Made by a program: the position numbers and the translations under genes
Part shown: positions 14,022 through 26,405 of the stretch, piece after piece
Layout: every line of letters starts with the position of its first letter
Position numbering within the stretch: the stretch's first letter is position 1
The notes under the pieces: model-generated
Told to the model about the DNA's origin: nothing
The model's input: only the letters and a program-made list of their open reading frames with translations
Databases searched by the model: none
NCBI GenBank assembly: GCA_964187785.1
Contig: OZ076409.1
Coordinates: 5,520,001 to 5,584,000 of the forward strand
From: Amphiscolops sp. MND2022
Taxonomy: Eukaryota
Length of the DNA stretch: 64,000 nt
Reading direction: 5' to 3'

Positions 14022-14344
14022 AAAGTTTCTTGGAAAACGTACATCGAAGAAAAAATACCCAACAGTGTACCCGATGGAGCTCTCTAGTATTTTCTAATAC
14101 CAGAAACAAACAGTTCAGTATTAAGTTCAGTATTGAGTTCAGTATCAGTTTTGTTATTTCTAATGTTATTACATGGGAAAAATAACCTGTTTAATACAGC
14201 ATTGCAGGTTCCGCATATTTCAAAAAGAAATGATTCTGATGAAAACGTCAGAAACAAAAGTTGTCGGTAATCAAAAGTTAGACACATTTTACTCCTGAGA
14301 GTTTTCTATATCTACGTCTAAACACTTATAAATTGAAAGAACTA

Positions 14345-14680
14345 AAAATGTAAAAATAAAAGAAATCCTGGACATACCCAAATTAAACTCAACCGGGATA
14401 TACAGGAGAGATGATAAGTTTACCACTTCTTCAGCAATAGTTAACTTACATTCAACTACAGGAACACATTGAGTTATGTTTTCTGATAAGTTTTATTTTG
14501 ATTCGTATGGCTGTCTACCTCCCGTAAACATAATGAAACAAATAAAAAAGGTCTTTGTTCAGAATATTAAATTCAGAAACCTGATAGTTAATGTGCAGCG
14601 TATTTTTGTATGTGTTTTATCTCCCAAATATAAAAGGTTCTAGAAATGCAGTACTAAATTTATATTATCAAAGTTTATGA
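14345..14680 (+). pseudogene. Adenain-like cysteine protease (Polinton PRO)
   Basis: IVNLH..TGTH*V...YFDSYG..P...QK..S.CAAY; homolog of ORF 35985-36236 (GTHWV...SYG...IQ...C). Confidence 0.8.
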
Positions 14681-14936
14681 ACAATTAATGAAAAAAAACT
14701 AATACTTCTTCAGCTCAATTTGAAATTATTCAAATGCCAGTGAATACCGAGCGTGAGAATGAAAATCAATTTCATAATAATAATAATCCAATTCCAAGAA
14801 AGAAATTATCAAAACAAAACCAAGAATTTACAGAACACACAGCCGCTAGTGATTTTAAACAATTTTTTTTTTCGAATGCGAAGCTTAGAAAAAAGGCTTT
14901 TTATCTAATGAATGGATCTATCAAACTTTGTAATCA

Positions 14937-15856
14937 ATGACAAAAAAGAATCTCTTCTTTTGAGTATTGCAAAATCTAATTTGGAGATTTATGAAAATAT
15001 CTTATCCAAACCTCAGGAAACTCTAGAATTTAAAATGAATAAGCAGAAAGGAAAGAATCTTTTTCGATGTTCCTCTCGCTGTAAATGAAAAATGGATGAT
15101 GGGAGTAACAAGTTTAGAAGTATTAAATAGTTTATAATACAACTCCCATCAACAATAAAGTTAAAATTCTTCTAAAAGATAAACAACTCAAATCATTAAA
15201 CGTTGACACTCAATTAGTAATGACTGTTGAGTATTTATGTAAAATCTCTGATATAGAAAAAAGTTAATACTTAACAGTTGATAGTTATTTAAAAAAAACT
15301 TACTAGAAAAGAGTTTGATCAACCAAAGGAAATAATTATTCAAATCAATTAAATTGTTAAAGATAAAACAACAATTGTTATTCCTGAGTTTGGAGTTGAA
15401 AATGATTTCTTTGAAATTAAGTTAACACAAGGATTATATGAATTAGTTGATATAAATAATACCATCAAACAAGTACTTTCTGATTCTGATTTTGGATTTG
15501 AACTTAACATCCAATTCAGAATTAAATAAACTTCTAGGATTTACCAAACAACGACTACGCAGCAGAAACTCATAAATCAGAAAAACCTGTTATGATAACA
15601 ACCACACACAAAGTTCATCTGGAATGTGATTGTGTAGGTGGTTCAATTGTTAATGGCATACGAGAATAATTTGTTTCTTTCATTTGAGCGCACTTCCTGG
15701 ATATATAATTATAAAAGAACCCTATATTGTTTTATATAAAAAATAAACAAAACAAGGTTAGACAAGATCCAGTTTTTCCGTGAGGATAGCAATCATAACC
15801 CAGTTGATTTCAACTCCGAAACATTAACATTTACAATGCAAAGTATCAAGATTTAA
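14937..15856 (+). pseudogene. Minor capsid protein (penton-like, single jelly-roll)
   Basis: WMMGVTSLEV, GxYELVDINN, LLGF, KVHLECDCVGGSIVNGIRE, PGY.IIKEP..VLY, LDKIQFF.ED.NHNPVDFNSETLTF; frameshifted. Confidence 0.75.
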
Positions 15857-15868
15857 CATAAATAAATA

Positions 15869-16270
15869 ATGAGTTGTAATAAAATTATGATTAATTCATA
15901 TTGTGTTGGTGGAAAACATTATTCCGCTACCCCAAACAGTGGTGGAGATTTTACTCAAAATACAAAAACTTACATGTCAGTTTAACTATTAAGAGGTACT
16001 TGTTCAACTTGTAAAAGAAATAAGTCACTTATAGTATCAGATCAAACTATACAAGCGGAAGGATTGGGTGACTTCTTTCGTTCGGTAGGAAAAACTGCTG
16101 AAAATGTCGGAAAAAAATGATAAAAATTTTTTGGAAGAGCACTACAACTCGCAGCAAATGTTGGAACTGTAGGAGCAAGTAAAAATCGTCGAAAAATAGC
16201 TGCAACTGCTCCTGATATCATAAAATTTGTTCATCAAGAAATAGGCCTGTTTTTCAGTGAAATTCATTAA
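15869..16270 (+). pseudogene. Small virion-type protein: Zn-ribbon (YCVGG...GTCSTCK) plus amphipathic EGLGDFFRSVGK segment
   Basis: Translation across frameshifts; nearly intact homolog is ORF 34376-34741. Confidence 0.55.
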
Positions 16271-16292
16271 ATAAAATAATAACAAAAATATT

Positions 16293-17201
16293 ATGAATAA
16301 TAAATGTATTCAATTCATATTCGAGATAATTAATTTAGAAAAGGTAAAAAAATTGCAAAAAAAAACAAAATCTGCACTCCGTCAAGACCGCATCAAAGAG
16401 AAACTTGCGAGCAAGACTTCCATTACGATATGGAAGAAGATTTTCAACCCGTTACTGAAAACCAGAACCAAAGCCAAAACCAAACCAAGCTAGAATCTGA
16501 AAAGCAATTACAAGCATTACGAGATTCTACCCAAACTACAACACAAGCAATACAAGACCAAACTAGAACAATACGACAATCGAGTTACGCTTTGAATAAA
16601 AATTTACAAAAATCAGTTAAAGAAGGAGTACAAAAATATGATAAAATTACAAATAGTAATAATCAATACCCAACTATGCTTGTTAATTCAAATACAGTTG
16701 ATTCTAGTATAGTTAAGACAGTTTCTAAATTGCTTAATGATAAAAACAAAAGGCACTCTAGTTTAGAACTGTGGAAGGTAATCCAAATTTATTCCTAACT
16801 AACCCCGCTGATCCTCAACAAGTACTAATCAAAGGTTCAACGATAACTTTCCAAAATGGTGACACATATAAAGTAAATGATCCAGTTCTTTCATATTTTA
16901 TAATTAATACACAATTTGATAAACTACCACAAAATAAGAATCTATTCTAAATGATATATCAAGAGATGCCTTATCGAGAGATTCCTTATAAACGATCAGA
17001 AAGTGGATTTATACAGTATATTTCCTTCCATCTCATCAAGATGAGCTTCTAGATCAACTCAAGCTAATCGTGTTAGAAAAAGTAGGAGGTAATGATAATC
17101 CTATGCTTAGTGAACAAATCATAGTATTTGCAGATAAACTCCTGGAATATGACTGCATCACAACAAATCAACACCAAAAAATCACAAGCTCCTTCAGTTA
17201 G
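16293..17201 (+). pseudogene. Polinton coiled-coil protein with C-terminal PSxxDELxDQLKL...GGNDN motif
   Basis: ORFs 16293 and 16430 plus downstream frames ending ...ADKLLEYDCITTNQHQKITSSFS*; homologs at 21510 and 33305-34300. Confidence 0.55.
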
Positions 17202-18198
17202 AAAGGATCAGTTTGTGGAATAAATATCTGGTATTGCGGATTAGATTCATTACAAATCCTATACTTTTTACTTTTATCATTTTTGTCTTCTAACCTTTTC
17301 AATAATGAATACTTATATTCTTCTTTTCATGCCTCTCTGCATAATGCTTTGAATTCATCATAAGACATATCAAAACCAGCAGTGTCTCTATAATTATGTT
17401 CTACATCTTTCAAGGTTTGTTGAAATAAAACTATGGTATTCGAATTGTTTCTAATTGTTCTTTTAGGTAAATCAAAACATGACTATGATAAAAAACATCT
17501 AAATCATTAGCTCTTCCCTTAGTAAAAAGTGGATCTATTTGTTTCTGACTGCTATCCGACATGTCATCGAACACAACACAACAATTTTGAAAATCTTGTA
17601 TTGTTCTATCGTCTAGATCTTCTTCCACTGAAATTCATAATTCTGTATCTTCTATTTTTTGTTTTTGTATTGTTCAGGATTTCTCGTAATGATATGTATT
17701 TGTTTTTCAGGATTATCCAATCGAATTATTTGTAATTTGTTTACTAATAAATGAGTCTTTCCACAAAATGAAGGACTAACAATTAATGTTACATTATTTA
17801 TATTATGATTTTCAATATTTTCATTCTTATTTCATAATATTATTTTGAATGTTTTTATTTATAATATCCTTATTTTCATCATAGTTATTTGTAATATTTT
17901 TTGTAAAAATATTGTTTTCATCATTCTTTCTATTCGAATGAAGATTCTTGATAAGGCATCTCTTGATATGTTTTGATAATTAAGTTTTATTGAATTCACG
18001 ATTACAGTATTCACATTTACCTTTTGTATTGACTCATTCCATACATGTACAATATTGTATCATTTTTATGTTTATAAAAATCTGTCTTCATTATATTACA
18101 GTCCTTACATCTTTTTTATTACTACAATTATCGCACACAGCTTTGCTGGCTCCGCATACCGGTTTTTCACTACTTTCACCACAAATTAAACACTTCAT
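17198..18198 (-). pseudogene. A32/FtsK-type genome packaging ATPase with a Cys-rich N-terminal extension
   Basis: Walker A TLIVSPSFCGKT, Walker B CCVVFDDM, FTKGR..DLDVFY, RTIRNNSN...FQQTLKDVEH.YRD.AGFDMSYDEF. Confidence 0.85.
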
Positions 18199-18971
18199 TT
18201 ATTTATATAAAATCAGCAAATCACTAAGCAAATTCACAAAGAGCATATCTTCGTAAGTGTAGCCTATAGTCTTGGTGTTCAAATTTGTGCTCTTAGTGAA
18301 TGAAAAATCACTAAAAAATCAAATCCATTGTTTTTAATGATTATTAAATAAGATTCCTTGTTTTTTAATTATTTTTAAAAATTTAATTATATTTAAACGT
18401 AATTATTCACTTTTACTAAACCTGATTGCCTGGGCTATTATTTTATTATTGAATTTTTCTTTAAGTTGGTCTAAAATTAATGGTTGTTGCTTGCGCTCCA
18501 TATAGTTGTTCATTTTAGATTCATTCACTTATTTATTTAATTTGTTTACAATACTCCACATAATAAAAAGCTATATTATAAGGTAATATTTCAATTGTCT
18601 GAATTCTCTGGTCAGAGATATCCTCTAAAAAGATTTTCATTTTGTTATGTTCCTCACCTGTAAAAAATAACTGTCAAATTTTACATAACCCTCAGGATAA
18701 AATCATTTGAAATGTTTTGGTTTATGGTATAATTGTTTATAATATCCAGGACCAATATAATACCAATAAAAATATAAAAATATAATAAAATTTACACACA
18801 ATAAACTAATAAATTTTTTATTCATTTATGAAGAAAAATATACAAGCAAAGCTCCTTCGGTGTAAAGCGCCTCCGGTAAAATATAATAACAACATGATGC
18901 GAAGCTAGCTTTGCTCTATGTGATGCCAGCTGTGTTGTATCACCGATTAAGTGAAAATTTCCGAATAGTAA

Positions 18972-19830
18972 GTGAATAAAGAGAAAAAGACATTGCTAAA
19001 GAAACATTCTCTCCTGCAATCAAAACGTTTCAAGGAATTCAAATACAAACTCACTATAAAGATGAGTGCTGGAGTATTGATCTGATAGACCGGTCTAGCT
19101 TTGCAAACTACAACAAAAACTACAAGTTTATTTTTACAATAATTGACAATCATACTAAATATGCATGGGAGATTCCTCCCAAAGATAAGGCCGGATAAAG
19201 TACAACAACTGCAACAAAAAAGCTTATCGAGGAAGCAAAAAGGGAACCTGATAAAAATTGGTCAGATAGTAAAGAGTTTTATAACAAAACATAATTACAC
19301 TACCTAAAAGAGCAAAACATTCAAATATATTCAACTAATTCAGATTTTAAAACAGTTTTTGATGAACGATTCAATAGAACTTTATTAGATCTAATAAAAA
19401 AACCAATGTATAAAGAAGGTAAAGCTTGTTGGTTCATCAATCATGTTGATGCTGCTATGGAAAAATATAAAAATTGTGTCCATGGTACAACAAAAATGAC
19501 ACCTTTTTAAAATGGTAACTAATACTAATAAACCAATACCCAATAATGATGATAATAAAAAAGTTCCCAAATTCCAAGTTGGAGATTTGGAAAGAGTTCC
19601 TGATAAGCGCAATTTATAGTAAAGGTTATACAACAAACTGGAATAGAGATAGAGAACTTTTTAAAATACATGAAATTAACACAACTAATCCAGTTACATA
19701 TGGTGTAGAAGATGGAAACAACGAACTACTTGAATGAAAATTTTATGAAGAAGAACTTCTGAGAAGTGTATTCAATTTTAACTCTAACAAAACGTTAGAA
19801 AGTACGAATAATTTCCATCAATTTGAGTAA
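18972..19830 (+). pseudogene. Retroviral-like (rve) Polinton integrase
   Basis: WSIDLID...KFIFTIIDNHTKYAW, WSDSKEF, ERFNRTL, HGTTKMTP, KFQVGD..RV, KGYTTNW..ELFKI, FYEEEL. Confidence 0.9.
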
Positions 19831-19847
19831 TTATACCTAAATAAACA

Positions 19848-20487
19848 ATGTCAATTCATAAGTTTGGTTATAAAGTCGAGAATCTTCAAAACGATAAGAT
19901 TGAGAATCTGGAAAACGAATTGGAATCACAAACCAAATTATTGAACATTACACCTATTGAAATGTCTAATAAATTATAAACATATATTGATGAAAAGAAA
20001 ATATTAGAAGAAACTCAACTCAAGTATGGTCAAACAAATATAATAATTAATGCAAAAGTATTCTTAGATATACTTAAAAATACAGAAGATATAAAAAGAA
20101 AATTGAAATTTTAGGAAAACAAGATATTTAAAAAAACTATTAGAAAATAAGAAAGAAAGTATTTCGTTTGACTAATTTGAAAATAAAAATCAAATTTTTA
20201 TTGAGATCTAACCTTTACAAGTCAAAACTTGTTGGGAAAATATGGAACAGAAATACAAACTTCAGATGGTATTTATCAGACTTGGACTATTCAACGAGAG
20301 ACGATATCGTGAAGTGCTTGAACAAAGATGAAATAAAGATATAGTTGACCTTAAATATACAGTGAAACTAATTGATACCGAGCTCAATTTCATACTTTAT
20401 GAAAATTAAATTTATAAGGAATCTCTGATATCAGTATACGAAGATGTATCTAATATTAAAACCAAGTTTTTATTTGAAATTAAATGA
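19848..20487 (+). pseudogene. Polinton coiled-coil hypothetical protein (MSIHKFG...)
   Basis: Copy of ORF 25065-25331 with an extra stop. Confidence 0.45.
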
Positions 20488-22413
20488 GTGAAAAATTTTA
20501 TCTTAGTTTACGCGAATCAGATGCTTTAGATATACGATTGAAAAAGGTAAATAATTTTAATAGTTGAATTCAAAATAAAATAGATATTAAAATTTTTATA
20601 ATCATGAAGCTGAAAAATTTGAAGAGAAATCTAAAACATATAAAATTATTAACCCCCTAAATTCAATCTAAATAATACCATCAAACAAGTACTTTCTGAT
20701 TCTGATTTTGGATTTGAACTTAACATCCAATTCAGAATTAAATAAATTTCTGGGATTTACCAAACAACGACTACCCAGCAGAAACTCATAAATCAGAAAA
20801 ACCTGTTATGATAACAACCACACACAAAGTTCATCTGGAATGTGATTGTGTAGGTGGTTCAATTGTTAGTGGCATACGAGAACAATTTGTTTCTTTCATT
20901 TGAGCGCACTTCCTGGATATATAATTATAAAAGAACCCTATATTGTTTTATATAAAAAATAAACAAAACAAGGTTAGACAAGATCCAGTTTTTCCGTGAG
21001 GATAGCAATCATAACCCAGTTGATTTCAACTCCGAAACATTAACATTTACAATTCAAAGTATCAAGATTTAACATAAATAAACAATGAGTTGTAATAAAA
21101 TTATGATTAATTCATATTGTGTTGGTGGAAAACATTATTCCGCTACCCCAAACAGTGGTGGATATTTTACTCAAAATACAAAAACTTACGTGTCAGTTTA
21201 ACTATTAAGAGGTACTTGTTCAACTTGTAAAAGAAATAAGTCACTTATAGTATCAGATCAAACTATACAAGCGGAAGGACTGGGTGACTTCTTTCGTTCG
21301 GTAGGAAAAACTGCTGAAAATGTCGGAAAAAAATGATGAAAAATTTTTGGAAGAGCACTAGAACTCGCAGCAAATGTTGGAACTGTAGGAGCAAGTAAAA
21401 TTCGTCGAAAAATAGCTGCAACAGCTCCTGATATTATAAAATTTGTTCATCAAGAAAAAGGCCTGTTTTTCAGTGAAATTCATTAAATAAAAATAATTCC
21501 AAAAATATTATGAATAATAAATGTATTCAATTCATATTCGAGATAATTAATTTAGAAAAGGTAAAAAAATTGCAAAAAAAACAAAATCTGCACTCCGTCA
21601 AGACCGCATCAAAGAGAAACTTGCGAGCAAGACTTTCATTACGATATGGAAGAAGATTTTCAACCCGTTACTGAAAACCAGAACCAAAGCCAAAACCAAA
21701 CCAAGCTAGAATCTGAAAAGCAATTACAAGCACTACGAGATTCTACCCAAGCTACAACACAAGCAATACAAGACCAAACTAGAGCAATACGAGAATCGAG
21801 TAACGCTTTGAATAAAAATTTACAAAAATCAGTTAAAGAAGGAGTACAAAAATATGATAAAATTACAAATAGTATAAACCAATACCTAACTATGCTTGTT
21901 TATTCAAATACAGTTGATTCTAGTATAGTTAAGACAGTTTCTAAATTGCTTAATGATAAAAACAAAAGGCACTCTAGTTTAGAACTGTGGAAAGTAATCC
22001 AAATTTATTCCTAACTAACCCCGCTGATCCTCAACAAGTACTAATCAAAGGTTCAACGATAACTTTCCAAAATGGTGACACATATAAAGTAAATGATCCA
22101 GTTCTTTCATATTTTATAATTAATACACAATTTGATAAACTACCACAAAATAAGAATCTATTCTAAATGATATATCAAGAGATGCCTTATCGAGAGATTC
22201 CTTAAAAACGATCAAAAAGTGGATTTATACAGTATATTTCCTTCCATCTCATCAAGATGAGCTTCTAGATCAACTCAAGCTAATCGTGTTAGAAAAAGTA
22301 GGAGGTAATGATAATCCTATGCTTAGTGAACAAATCATAGTAATTGCAGATAAACTCCTGGAATATGACTGCATCACAACAAATCAACACCAAAAAATCA
22401 CAAGCTCCTTCAG

Positions 22414-23415
22414 TTAGAAAGGATCAGTTTGTGGAATAAATATCTGGTATTGCGGATTAGATTCATTACAAATCCTATACTTTTTACTTTTATCATTTTT
22501 GTCTTCTAACCTTTTTAATAATGAATAATTATATTCTTCTTTTCATGCCTCTCTGCATAATGCTTTGAATTCATCATAAGACATATCAAAACCAGCAGTG
22601 TCTCTATAATTATGTTCTACATCTTTCAAGGTTTGTTGAAATAAAACTATGGTATTCGAATTGTTTCTGATTGTTCTTTTAGGTAAATCAAAACATGACT
22701 ATGATAAAAAAACATCTAAATCATTATCACTTCCCTTAGTAAAAAGTGGATCTATTTGTTTCTGACTGCTATCCGACATATCATCGAACACAACACAACA
22801 TTTTTGAAAATCTTGTATTGTTCTATCGTCTAGATCTTCTTCCACTGAAATTCATAATTCTGTATCTTCTATTTTTTGTTTTTGTAATGTTCAGGACTTC
22901 TCGTAATGATATGTATTTGTTTTTCAGGATTATCCAATCGAATTATTTGTAATTTGTTTACTAATAAATGAGTCTTTCCACAAAATGAAGGACTAACAAA
23001 TAATGTTACATTATTTATATTATGATTTTCAATATTTTCATTCTTATTTCATAATATTATTTTGAATGTTTTTTTTTATAATATTCTCATTTTCATCATA
23101 GTTATTTGTAATATTTTTTGTAAAAATATTGTTTTCATCATTCTTTCTATTCGAATGAAGATTCTTGATAAGGCATCTCTTGATATGTTTTGATAATTAA
23201 GTTTTATTGAATTCACGATTACAGTATTCACATTTACCTTTTGTATTGACTCATTCTGTACATGTACAATATTGTATCATTTTTATGTTTATAAAAATCT
23301 GTCTTCATTATATTACAGTCCTTACATCTTTTTTATTACTACAATTATCGCACACAGCTTTGCTGGCTCCGCATACCGATTTTTCACTACTTTCACCACA
23401 AATTAAATACTTCAT
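22414..23415 (-). pseudogene. Packaging ATPase, duplicate copy
   Basis: Duplicate of 17198-18198. Confidence 0.85.
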
Positions 23416-24189
23416 TTCTTTATATAAAATCAGCAAATCACTAAGCAAATTCACAAAGAGCATATCTTCGTAAGTTTAGCTTATAGTCTTAGTTCTCAAA
23501 TTTGTGCTCTTAGTGAATGAAAAATCACTAAAAAATCAAATCCATTGTTTTTAATGATTATTAAACAAGATTCCTTGTTTTTTAATTATTTTTAAAAACT
23601 TAATTATATTTAAACGTAATTATTCACTTTTACTAAACCTGATTGCCTGGGCTATTATTTTATTAATGAATTCTTCTTTAAGTTGGTCTAAAATTAATGG
23701 TTGTTGCTTGCGCTCCATATAGTTGTTCATTTTAGATTCATTCACTTATTTATTTAATTTGTTTACAATACTCCACATAATAAAAAGCTATATTATAAGG
23801 TAATATTTCAATTGTCTGAATTGTCTGGTCAGAGATCTCCTCTAAAAAGATTTTCATTTTGTTATGTTCCTCACCTGTAAAAAATAACTGTCAAATTTTA
23901 CAATAACCCTCAGGATAAAATCATTTGAAATGTTTTGGTTTATGGTATATTTGTTTATAATATCCAGGACCAATATAATACCAATAAAAATATAAAATTA
24001 TAATAAAATTTACACACAATAAACTAATAAGGTTTTTATTCATTTATGAAGAAAAATATACAAGCAAAGCTCCTTCGGTGTAAAGCGCCTCCGGTAAAAT
24101 ATAATAACAACATGATGCGAAGCCAGTTTTACTCTATGCGATGCCAGCTGTGTTGTATCACCGATTAAGTGAAAATTTCCGAATAATAA

Positions 24190-25047
24190 GTGAATAAAGA
24201 GAAAAAGACATTGCTAAAGAAACATTCTCTCCTGCAATCAAAACGTTTCAAGGAATTCAAATACAAACTCACTATAAAGATGAGTGTTGGAGTATTGATC
24301 TGATAGACCGGTCTAGCTTTGCAAACTACAACAAAAACTACAAGTTTATTTTTACAATAATTGACAATCATACTAAATATGCATGGGAGATTCCTCCCAA
24401 AGATAAGGCCGGATAAAGTACAACAACTGCAACAAAAAAGCTTATTGAGGAAGCAAAAAGGGAACCTGATAAAAATTGGTCAGATAGTAAAGAGTTTTAT
24501 AGCAAAACATAATTACACTACCCAAAAGAGCAAAACATTCAAATATATTCAACTAATTCAGATTTTAAAACAGTTTTTGATGAACGATTCAATAGAACTT
24601 TATTAGATCTAATAAAAAAACCAATGTATAAAGAAGGTAAAGCTTGTTGGTTCATCAATCATGTTGATGCTGCTATGGAAAAATATAAAAATTGTGTCCA
24701 TGGTACAACAAAAATGACACCTTTTGAAATGGTAACTAATACTAATAAACCAATACCCAATGATGATGATAATAAAAAAGTTCCCAAATTCCAAGTTGGA
24801 GATTTGGAAAGAGTTCCTGATAAGCGCAATTTATAGTAAAGGTTATACAACAAATTGGAATAGAGATAGAGAACTTTTTAAAATACATGAAATTAACACA
24901 ACTAATCCAGTTACATATGGTGTAGAAGATGGAAACAACGAACTACTTGAATGAAAATTTTATGAACAAGAACTTCTGAGAAGTGTATTCAATTTTAAAT
25001 CTAACAAAACGTTAGAAAGTACGAATAATTTCCATCAATTTGAGTAA
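24190..25047 (+). pseudogene. Polinton integrase, duplicate copy
   Basis: Duplicate of 18972-19830; ORFs 24624 and 24760 show HGTTKMTPFE and KGYTTNW. Confidence 0.9.
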
Positions 25048-25064
25048 TTATACCTAAATAAACA

Positions 25065-25700
25065 ATGTCAATTCATAAGTTTGGTTATAAAGTCGAGAAT
25101 CTTCAAAACGATAAGATTGAGAATCTGGAAAACGAATTGGAATCACAAACCAAATTATTGAACATTACACCTATTGAAATGTCTAGTAAATTAGAAACAT
25201 ATATTGATGAAAAGAAAATATTAGAAGAAACTCAACTCAAGTATGGTCAAACAAATATAATAATTAATGCAAAAGTATTCTTAGATATAATTAAAAATAT
25301 AGAAGATATAAAAAGAAAATTGAAGTTTTAGGAAAACAAGATATTTAAAAAAACTATTAGAAAATAAGAAAGAGAGTATTTCGTTTGACTAATTTGAAAA
25401 TAAAAATCAAATTTTTATTGAGATCTAACCTTTACAAGTCAAAACTTGTTGGGAAAATATGGAACAGAAATACAAACTTCAGATGGTATTTATCAGACTT
25501 GGACTATTCAACGAGAGACGATATCGTGAAGTGCTTGAACAAAGATGAAATAAAGATATAGTTGACCTTAAATATACAGTGAAACTAATTGATACCGAGC
25601 TCAATTTCATACTTTATGAAAATTAAATTTATAAGGAATCTCTGATATCAGTATACGAAGATGTATCTAATATTAAAACCAAGTTTTTATTTGAAATTAA
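25065..25700 (+). pseudogene. Polinton coiled-coil hypothetical protein
   Basis: ORF 25065-25331 MSIHKFGYKVENL..., continuing after stops. Confidence 0.45.
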
Positions 25701-26220
25701 ATGAGTGAAAAATTTTATCCTAGTTTGCGCGAATCAGATGCTTTAGATATACGATTGAAAAAGGTAAATAATTTTAATAGTTGAATTCAAAATAAAATAG
25801 ATATTAAAATTTTTATAATCATGAAGCTGAAAAATTTGAAGAGAAATCTAAAACATAAAAAATTATTAACCCCCTAAATTCAATCTATTGATGGAATTTT
25901 ATTATTGGGTGCTTCTTCAACATGTAGCACGTTAAGTGTTACCGGAGTTGGACATGTTGTTGTACCCATCGCGAAAAGTATAGGTGCAGGAATATCCATT
26001 TTCAGAAAGTTTACTGGTGAGTATCTGAAAACAAAAAAAACACAATTTCAAAAATATACACTTGCTGGTAGAACACTTCATGATTTCTGTAAACTACATT
26101 CAAAGTGTATAGAAGACAATAAAACAGACTTGATTACAACAAACTAAAACAAACATACGATGTATGTAAAACAAATAGAACTAAACTAAATTCTGAGTTT
26201 ATTTTTTCAGGCTAACCTTA
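25701..26220 (+). pseudogene. Polinton hypothetical protein with a hydrophobic Gly/Ser-rich (membrane-associated?) segment
   Basis: MSEKFYPSL... then IIGASSTCSTLSVTGVGHVVVPIAKSIGAGISIF (ORF 25905). Confidence 0.5.
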
Positions 26221-26405
26221 TTTAGTAAAAACAATATAATTATAAATTTTAAATAATATTTTTTTCCTATTACAAACCAAAAGTTTGTAGAAAAAATGAA
26301 TGTTGTTTCTATGCAAAGCTTAGAATATATTCTAATACAAACCAAGGGTTTGCAGAAAAAAAGGAATTTTTTTCTATGCAAAGCTTAGATTTTATTCTAT
26401 TATAA

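Larger units (their letters stand above)
15455..20670. repeat. Internal tandem duplication of Polinton A, copy 1 (5216 bp)
   Basis: Constant 5216-5218 offset between paired ORFs (16430/21646, 17529/22746, 18947/24165); junction ...TTCAATCTA|AATAATACC at 20670/20671. Confidence 0.95.
20671..25887. repeat. Internal tandem duplication of Polinton A, copy 2 (includes 3' penton, Zn-ribbon gene 21085-21486 and coiled-coil gene 21510-22417)
   Basis: Near-identical to 15455-20670, including shared inactivating lesions. Confidence 0.95.

Noticed and set aside
17529..18256. Plus-strand hydrophobic ORFs 17529 and 17990 (and duplicates)
   Set aside because: Antisense shadows of the ATPase/Zn-finger gene
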